This document shows, in pieces, positions 57,349 to 64,000 of a stretch of 64,000 bases of DNA. Position numbers and translations under genes: made by a program. Source of the DNA: an uncultured delta proteobacterium (GTDB lineage Bacteria; Desulfobacterota; Binatia; UBA9968); NCBI GenBank assembly GCA_963771465.1, contig CAVYTU010000012.1:64001-128000 (forward strand). The letters are read 5' to 3'. Every line of letters begins with the position of its first letter. The stretch's first letter is position 1. The notes under the pieces are model-generated. The model searched no databases. It was not told the DNA's origin and worked only from the letters and a program-made list of their open reading frames with translations.

Positions 57349-59436
57349 TCAGAAGCGTTGTCCCAGCCATCCCTCTAACAGCAAGGTTACAATGAGCAGC
57401 GCTAGTAAGGGAAGAGCGAGATCGACTCGCTTGCCGCCTTCTTTGAGCGCTTCGACAGGGATCACTTCGGCGCGGATGGGGCTAAGCTTGCTCTGGAGTT
57501 CATTGGCGCTGATCTCATCTAATCTCGATTCGAGCAGCGGCGAGTTGACGGCGTAAAGCTGCGGCGCGCCGCTGTCCTTCTCGCCGCCCGCGGGTAGCGA
57601 TAGCCGGTAGATGCCGGCGCGGTCGTTGGCTTCGACAGTGGCGCGCGCGCGGTCTTTTTCCCCGGCGATGACGACGTCGGCATTTTGCTTATCCGGTTTG
57701 GTCACGCGCAGGGTCTTGCCGACGAAGCTCGGTGGCAAGGACAACTCTTTGACGGCGCCGACGGCAATGCCGCCGTCCAAGCTGCCGCGCTTGCCGCCGG
57801 CGAGATACTGGGTCAGCGACTGGATCAACGGTAGATAAACGGTCTTTACCGGTAGATCGCTCCAGTCGCGGTCGGCGCTGGTAGCAATCAGCATAACTTT
57901 TCCCGCGCCAACTCTTTGTTCGAGCAGCAGCGGGTCGCCGTTGGCCAGCGCGATCAATGGTTTGCCACCGCTGCGCGCGTAACTCCAGACACGCGCTGAT
58001 TTGATCGAGTCTTGGAGAATGGTGTCGGTAAATATTTGCAGCGCCGGATGAGCGATATCGATCTTGTCGATCTTCTCACCGGCGGATTCGGCGCCGGTTT
58101 TTTTATCGCGCAGCGGCGCGGGCAAAACTTGCGCCAGCTTTTGGTTATAATGATCCGGCTGGAATCGATCACCGGCGAAGATCAACAGGCCGCCTCCTTG
58201 GCGCAAATAATTTTGTAGTTTCGTCACGAAAGCGTCGGGGAGAGTCGCGACGTTACAAAGGACGACGACCTGATAGGCATCCAAATTTGCCGCGTTCAAA
58301 CCGTCGGTGACGATCACGCTCGGTAGAAACAATGACGAGTCGCGCTCGCCGGCGGGATGGAGCGCGCGGATCAGAAAAAAAGTTTCGCTTTGTACCAGTG
58401 AAGTCTGGGGATCGCCGTCGACCACGAGAATTTTGAGTTTGTCCTGTGCTTCGAGGGCAAAATTCGACACCGCGCTGCCGGCCAAGCCATCCTTCTTTAG
58501 CGTTACTTGGCCCGAGTGGGCGCCCGCTTGGGCGATTCTCGTCTGGAAGGTTACCGAGGTTTCGCCTTTGGGCGGCACGGTGGCGAGCTTTTGTTCCTTA
58601 CTCTGCCCGTCGATGCTCAGTTGCACGAGCAGCTCTTTGATTTCGCTGTCGCCGAAATTGGCGATGGTCGCTTCGATCTGGATCGGCAGATTGACGCCGA
58701 CGCCTTGGCTGCCCAAGCGAACTTCTTTGACGCTGCCGTTGAGCGGCTGTTGTTTTCGGCCGATGCGAATTAGTTTTAACGGAATCGCCGGATCGACCTG
58801 CTTCAGAGCGGCGACGGAGAACTGGTCCCAACCCGTCAGCCCCATGTCGGTGATAAAGCGGATTTCTTTTTCACCCGCCGGCTGGTTCAAAAGCTCATAG
58901 GCTTTACTCAAGGCGGCGGGAAGATTGGCCGTGCCGTCGGCGATCTCGATGCCGTCTAATTCTTTTAACAGGACATCTTTTTGGGTTTTGAGGCGAAACG
59001 CTTCTTTGCCGTCGATGTTCGTAGGTACTAGGGCCGCGCGGTCGCCGTCGTTCAGTGCCGATATCAACAGCCGCGCCGCCTCTTTGGCTTGCTTGAAACC
59101 ATTGCCGTCGCCGGCCCATTTCATGCTCAAGGAATTATCCAATATCAAGACGAGGGAAACCGGACCGCTGCCGGCGAATAGGCCGGCGCCGGATTGAAAG
59201 ATCGGATTGGCGAGCAGCAGGGCGAGACATAGGACCGCCAGAGTGCGCAGCGCCAAGAGCAGCCAGTGACGCAAACGGTAGCTGCGTGAGATGCGCTTCT
59301 GCGACAGCAGGATGAATCGGACGGCGGGAAAGCGGATGCGCTTTAAGCGGCGCCGATTGAGCAGATGAATCAGGACGGGCAGCGATGCCGCCGCCAGTCC
59401 GAATAGAAATAACGGATAGAGAAAGAAGACCGACAC
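57349..59436 (-). CDS. BatA-like N-terminal TM + vWA + Ig/CARDB-like + GATase-like protein
   Basis: FLYPLFL..LPVLIHLL, FPAVRF, LLLALR, LDNSLSM MIDAS, ITD, YLRQGGGL, DRDWSDLP, C-terminal TM. Confidence 0.85.
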   Translation of the reverse strand: MSVFFLYPLFLFGLAAASLPVLIHLLNRRRLKRIRFPAVRFILLSQKRISRSYRLRHWLLLALRTLAVLCLALLLANPIFQSGAGLFAGSGPVSLVLILDNSLSMKWAGDGNGFKQAKEAARLLISALNDGDRAALVPTNIDGKEAFRLKTQKDVLLKELDGIEIADGTANLPAALSKAYELLNQPAGEKEIRFITDMGLTGWDQFSVAALKQVDPAIPLKLIRIGRKQQPLNGSVKEVRLGSQGVGVNLPIQIEATIANFGDSEIKELLVQLSIDGQSKEQKLATVPPKGETSVTFQTRIAQAGAHSGQVTLKKDGLAGSAVSNFALEAQDKLKILVVDGDPQTSLVQSETFFLIRALHPAGERDSSLFLPSVIVTDGLNAANLDAYQVVVLCNVATLPDAFVTKLQNYLRQGGGLLIFAGDRFQPDHYNQKLAQVLPAPLRDKKTGAESAGEKIDKIDIAHPALQIFTDTILQDSIKSARVWSYARSGGKPLIALANGDPLLLEQRVGAGKVMLIATSADRDWSDLPVKTVYLPLIQSLTQYLAGGKRGSLDGGIAVGAVKELSLPPSFVGKTLRVTKPDKQNADVVIAGEKDRARATVEANDRAGIYRLSLPAGGEKDSGAPQLYAVNSPLLESRLDEISANELQSKLSPIRAEVIPVEALKEGGKRVDLALPLLALLIVTLLLEGWLGQRF

Positions 59437-59438
59437 GC

Positions 59439-60329
59439 TCAACCTCGCCAACTCAAGTAACTCGCCAAGGCTTGGTCGAGCGGCGTCGCCGTCGAGATTA
59501 GTTGATAGTCGATCGAGTCGGCGTGGCACTGCTTGCGCATGTCAGCGATGAATTCCTGCACGACTTCTTTATAAGTCGTGCGGATGGCGCGCGGGTCGGC
59601 GATGACTTGCAGATTGGCCGCTTCCAAATCCTCGAACAAGATATTGCCGTCGAAGGGCAATTCCAGCTCGGCTGGGTCGAGCAGATGAAAGACGATGACA
59701 TCGTTGCCTTTGAAACGAAACTGGCGCAGTCCCTTGAGGATCGCTTCCGGTTCGTCGAGCAGATCGGAGACTAAGACGATCAAGCCGCGCCGGCGAATTT
59801 GTCCGGCGATGTTTTCAAGAATTTTTCCGACGTTGGTTTCGCCGGCCGGGCCGCGGTTTTCCAAGGCATGGAGAATCTGTAGCAAGTAGTCGCGCTTGGC
59901 GCGCGGCGGCACGAAGGCTTCGACCTGGTCGGAAAATGTCACGACGCCGGCGGCGTCCTGCTGCTTGAGAATGAGATAAGCCAAGGACGCGGTGAGCGTG
60001 CAGCCGTAGTCGAATTTCGTGATGCCGTCCGAGGCGTAGTTCATCGACGCGCTGGCGTCGAGCACGAGATAGGCGCGCAGATTGGTTTCGTCTTCATACT
60101 CCTTGATAAAATAGCGGTCGAACTTGCCCAGCGCTTTCCAATCGATGCGGCGGATCTCATCGCCGGGCGAGTACTCGCGGTGCTCTTCGAACTCGACACT
60201 GAACCCCTTGGCGCGGCTCTTGTGCACGCCGGACATCAGGCCTTCCACCACCCAGCGCGCGCGTAAGCCGAGGTTGGCGATGCCGGCGAGGACTTTGGGG
60301 TCGAAATAGTTTTTGTCGTTGGTGGCCAT
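59439..60329 (-). CDS. DUF58 (vWA-containing) protein
   Basis: GVHKS..GFSVEFEEHREYSPGDEIRRIDWK, LDASASM, VSD. Confidence 0.93.
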   Translation of the reverse strand: MATNDKNYFDPKVLAGIANLGLRARWVVEGLMSGVHKSRAKGFSVEFEEHREYSPGDEIRRIDWKALGKFDRYFIKEYEDETNLRAYLVLDASASMNYASDGITKFDYGCTLTASLAYLILKQQDAAGVVTFSDQVEAFVPPRAKRDYLLQILHALENRGPAGETNVGKILENIAGQIRRRGLIVLVSDLLDEPEAILKGLRQFRFKGNDVIVFHLLDPAELELPFDGNILFEDLEAANLQVIADPRAIRTTYKEVVQEFIADMRKQCHADSIDYQLISTATPLDQALASYLSWRG

Positions 60330-60454
60330 GTCAGCGAACTACCCGTCGAGAATGGAGGGTCGATGATCGAGGATCGTTTCCCGCCATTACCGCGCGAGAT
60401 AAATTCTTACCACCGGCGTTTGAGATTATCTAGCCAGCTGCGCCCGTCCCGGAC

Positions 60455-60526
60455 GATTACAAATTACAGATGCCAAATTCCAGATTCGGGAACCCATGTG
60501 GAATCTGTAATTTGGAATTTGGCATC
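60455..60526. repeat. Inverted array of 7-mers
   Basis: GATTACA AATTACA GATGCCA AATTCCA GATTC - 13 nt - GAATC TGTAATT TGGAATT TGGCATC. Confidence 0.75.
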
Positions 60527-60539
60527 GGCAAAGCTCGCT

Positions 60540-61565
<1,026 letters not shown>

Positions 61566-61594
61566 GGGGCTTGTGGTTCTCCCTTACTCTGGGT

Positions 61595-63190
61595 TTAGTT
61601 GCTGCTGGCGATTTTCTCTAGCGTCGCCTTGGTCTGCTTGGCTTTTTCCGTTTCGCCGAGCGCATTGTAGGCATCGATCAGGAGGCGATAGATCAACGGG
61701 TGAAAAGGATTGATCTGCAGCGCCTCTTCGAGCACGCCGCGCGCCTCTTTGAAGTTTTTGGTCGCGTGATAGGCGCGCCCGAGCTGCACATAACTGTTGA
61801 CACCGTCGGGCTCGATGTCCAAGGCCTTTTTCAGTAGCGGCAACGCATCGTCGGCGCGATTTTGATCGACCATCACGCGGCCGAGCTTATTCATAATCAC
61901 CGGCGATTGCGGGCTCGCTTGCAGGGCGCGTTGGTATTCGTTCAAGGCCGCCACCGGCCGTCCTTTAGTCATTAATTGATCCGCCAAGTGAGTGCGGTTG
62001 CGGGCGATCGCCGATTGAATTTCGCGTAGCTCGACGACGTCTTCGTCTTCCTTCTGGTCTTTGCGCACTTTCAAATGGCGCACGCGGCTGCCTTCGATCG
62101 GTTTTAACCCCTTGGTTTTGAGAAAGCCTTTCCATTTGTTCTCGAAGGCGTCGAACGACATGCCGTAAACTTTCTCGATCGCTTCCGGCGTCGCTTTATC
62201 CTGGAGAGTCGACAGCAAGTCGCGCATGCCGCCACGGCCTTTGCTTTGATTGATAAAGTCGACGGCGGAGGCCGCTTCGGCGTAGGCCAGCTGCACTTGC
62301 TCCGGCGTATCTAAATAAATCAGCGACGGTTCCATCTTTTTAAAGCCGACAAATTGGTTTTTCTCTAATGCTTGCACAAGCAGCGTCTGATTGGCCGGCG
62401 TCAGATAGTCTTCATGGGCGTCTTTCGCCGGCGCGGCTTTGCGCCAGCGGGTTTCGTAAAAGCGCGCCATGCCTTCGTGGAGCCAAATGGGCGCCTGGTT
62501 GTTCGAAAGCGCGGCGATGGCGTAGTGTTGGTATTCATGGCTGAGCGAATCCAACCAGCGGTAGCCAAAGCTCAGCGCGCGCGGCGAGATGATCATGAGC
62601 TTATTGAACTTACAGATGCCGACGGCACCGGTCTCTTCGATGTCACGTAACGACAGCGTCGATAGGGCGTTGAAGCTAGTCGCATCGGGAGCGATTTCGA
62701 TACGAACTTTCTCTTTTGGGTAGTAACCGAGCTCGGCGCCGGTCGCTTGGTAGGTTTTCTCCAAAGCCTCAAGGGCATGGGGCACGAGGATGCCGTCTCT
62801 TCTTTCGTCGACGAACAACACGAAGTGAGCGCTCTCGAAGCGCTTAAACGATTTATGGACGTCAAGCGTGAGCTGGGTCAAAAGCTTCATCGCCTGGCGC
62901 CGCTGATCTTTTGAATCGACCGCCAATGCCCGGTCGAGGACGGATAACGCCTCTGGATAGCGGCCCTGGTAGAATTTTATCCGGCCGTCGAATTCCAGCG
63001 CGGTGGCTGACTTGGGATTGTCTTTGAGCGCTTTGGCGGCGAGCGCCTCGGCTTCGGCGACATGCCACGCGTCGAGCAAATCTTCGCCAGCTTTGAATTC
63101 GCGCTCGGCTTCCGCGGCGCGGAGGTTAGCGGCCAGCAGCAGGGAAAATATCAGCGCCGCAATGGAAAACGTTCGGTGGTTCAAGGTCAA
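61595..63190 (-). CDS. Exported TPR - peptidase MA-like (gluzincin) - TPR protein
   Basis: Signal peptide; TPR helices at both ends; HEYQH ... PIWLHEGMA zinc motif. Confidence 0.85.
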   Translation of the reverse strand: MTLNHRTFSIAALIFSLLLAANLRAAEAEREFKAGEDLLDAWHVAEAEALAAKALKDNPKSATALEFDGRIKFYQGRYPEALSVLDRALAVDSKDQRRQAMKLLTQLTLDVHKSFKRFESAHFVLFVDERRDGILVPHALEALEKTYQATGAELGYYPKEKVRIEIAPDATSFNALSTLSLRDIEETGAVGICKFNKLMIISPRALSFGYRWLDSLSHEYQHYAIAALSNNQAPIWLHEGMARFYETRWRKAAPAKDAHEDYLTPANQTLLVQALEKNQFVGFKKMEPSLIYLDTPEQVQLAYAEAASAVDFINQSKGRGGMRDLLSTLQDKATPEAIEKVYGMSFDAFENKWKGFLKTKGLKPIEGSRVRHLKVRKDQKEDEDVVELREIQSAIARNRTHLADQLMTKGRPVAALNEYQRALQASPQSPVIMNKLGRVMVDQNRADDALPLLKKALDIEPDGVNSYVQLGRAYHATKNFKEARGVLEEALQINPFHPLIYRLLIDAYNALGETEKAKQTKATLEKIASSN

Positions 63191-63191
63191 C

Positions 63192-64000
63192 TTACTCGGA
63201 AAGATTTTTGAAATAACGCTCGATCTGCTCTTTCATCTGCGGCGGCACGCCTTGTTTGAGCGAGTCGAGGATTTCCTCGCGGAAATTGCGCGGCGCTTTG
63301 TATTCTTCTTTGCCCGGCAGGCGGAATTTCTCCGTGTCCAATCCAGTGAAGCCTTGCTCGATGTCGAACTCCGGGAACTGCGGCATGCCCGGCAGCGGCG
63401 TCATGTTGCCATAGGGCAGGAAGCGGCCGCCGCGGAATAGCCGAGTCATCGGCATATTGCCGAGTTGGCCGCGCTGGGCCATCTGCTGCATGGAGGACTG
63501 CATCTGTTGTTGCGCTTGCGACAGCTGTTCCAGCGCCGTCCGTTCTGGCGGCACGGCGCCACGGGAGTCGAGCTGGCCCAAGCGGTTCTGGGCGCTGCCC
63601 ATCGCTTTGCCCGCTTCGCCGATGCCTTGAACGATCTTGGGATCGAGCTGGGGGAAGAGTTGAAACAGCTGTTCCAATTTTTCGTGCAGCGAGTCGGTGC
63701 GCTCTTTTACGACATCCTGACGCTGCGCCAAATCGCGCAGCTGGCGTTTGTCGGCGTCACTCAATGCCTTTGCCGGTTCGTTGAGCAAGGCCTCAAGCTC
63801 GGACTTGATGTCGCTAACGCTTTTGTCAGCCCGTTGGGCGCGCGGCTCCTGTGCCGCGGTGCGTTTTTTCGCCAGCTCCTTGCGGATGTAACCGTCGCCT
63901 TCGTTAAATCCGGGAAAATCCTTGGCGCTCAGTTTGGCGATCAGATTTCTCAACAGCGCGTTCATGGTCGCATCATCAAGGTTGGTCAATAGATTGGGAT
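63192..64000 (-). CDS. C-terminus of a Gln-rich coiled-coil protein (DUF4175-like), 5'-truncated by window
   Basis: Frame open to the window edge; QQQMQSSMQQ; ...FREEILDSLKQGVPPQMKEQIERYFKNL tail. Confidence 0.7.
   Translation of the reverse strand, partial: PNLLTNLDDATMNALLRNLIAKLSAKDFPGFNEGDGYIRKELAKKRTAAQEPRAQRADKSVSDIKSELEALLNEPAKALSDADKRQLRDLAQRQDVVKERTDSLHEKLEQLFQLFPQLDPKIVQGIGEAGKAMGSAQNRLGQLDSRGAVPPERTALEQLSQAQQQMQSSMQQMAQRGQLGNMPMTRLFRGGRFLPYGNMTPLPGMPQFPEFDIEQGFTGLDTEKFRLPGKEEYKAPRNFREEILDSLKQGVPPQMKEQIERYFKNLSE

Noticed and set aside
60455-60526. 7-mer arrays as CRISPR
   Set aside because: Units are too short, there are no unique spacers, the arrangement is inverted, and no cas genes are present.

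Overview
A 64 kb stretch of a GC-rich bacterial chromosome. The gene content (orphan NMT1/SsuA-type solute-binding proteins, amidohydrolase/SDR cluster, Mrp-SufT-MEMO, deltaproteobacterial-style minor pilins) suggests Candidatus Binatia or a related 'deltaproteobacterial' lineage; this is inference. In order: a DUF4105 + lipase-like lipoprotein pair; Na/Ca antiporter, DUF1232, GST and a stand-alone lipoyl domain; a surface-glycan locus (GT-C, GT2, three GT4, Wzm/Wzt, methyltransferase, GT-B-like protein, probable dual-domain ribofuranosyltransferase) running directly into pilD-fimT-pilV-pilW-pilX; SH3, plsY and two glycine-zipper lipoproteins; mrp-sufT-MEMO; a catabolic SDR/amidohydrolase/ADH/SBP cluster; a complete A1-type aa3 oxidase operon with small accessory ORFs; nadX-like/TPP enzyme/MFS with a MITE-like element; a patch of small genes including a candidate structured RNA/small-ORF locus; and a MoxR-DUF58-vWA-DUF4159-TPR/peptidase operon cut by the window end. 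Many genes carry isolated single-base frameshifts, most likely sequencing errors. I saw no tRNA, rRNA, CRISPR array or intact transposase. The best candidates for uncharacterised systems are the structured RNA/sORF locus at about 50.0-50.6 kb, the glycan-pilus island and the MoxR/vWA envelope operon. All calls come from reading motifs by eye; no searches were run.
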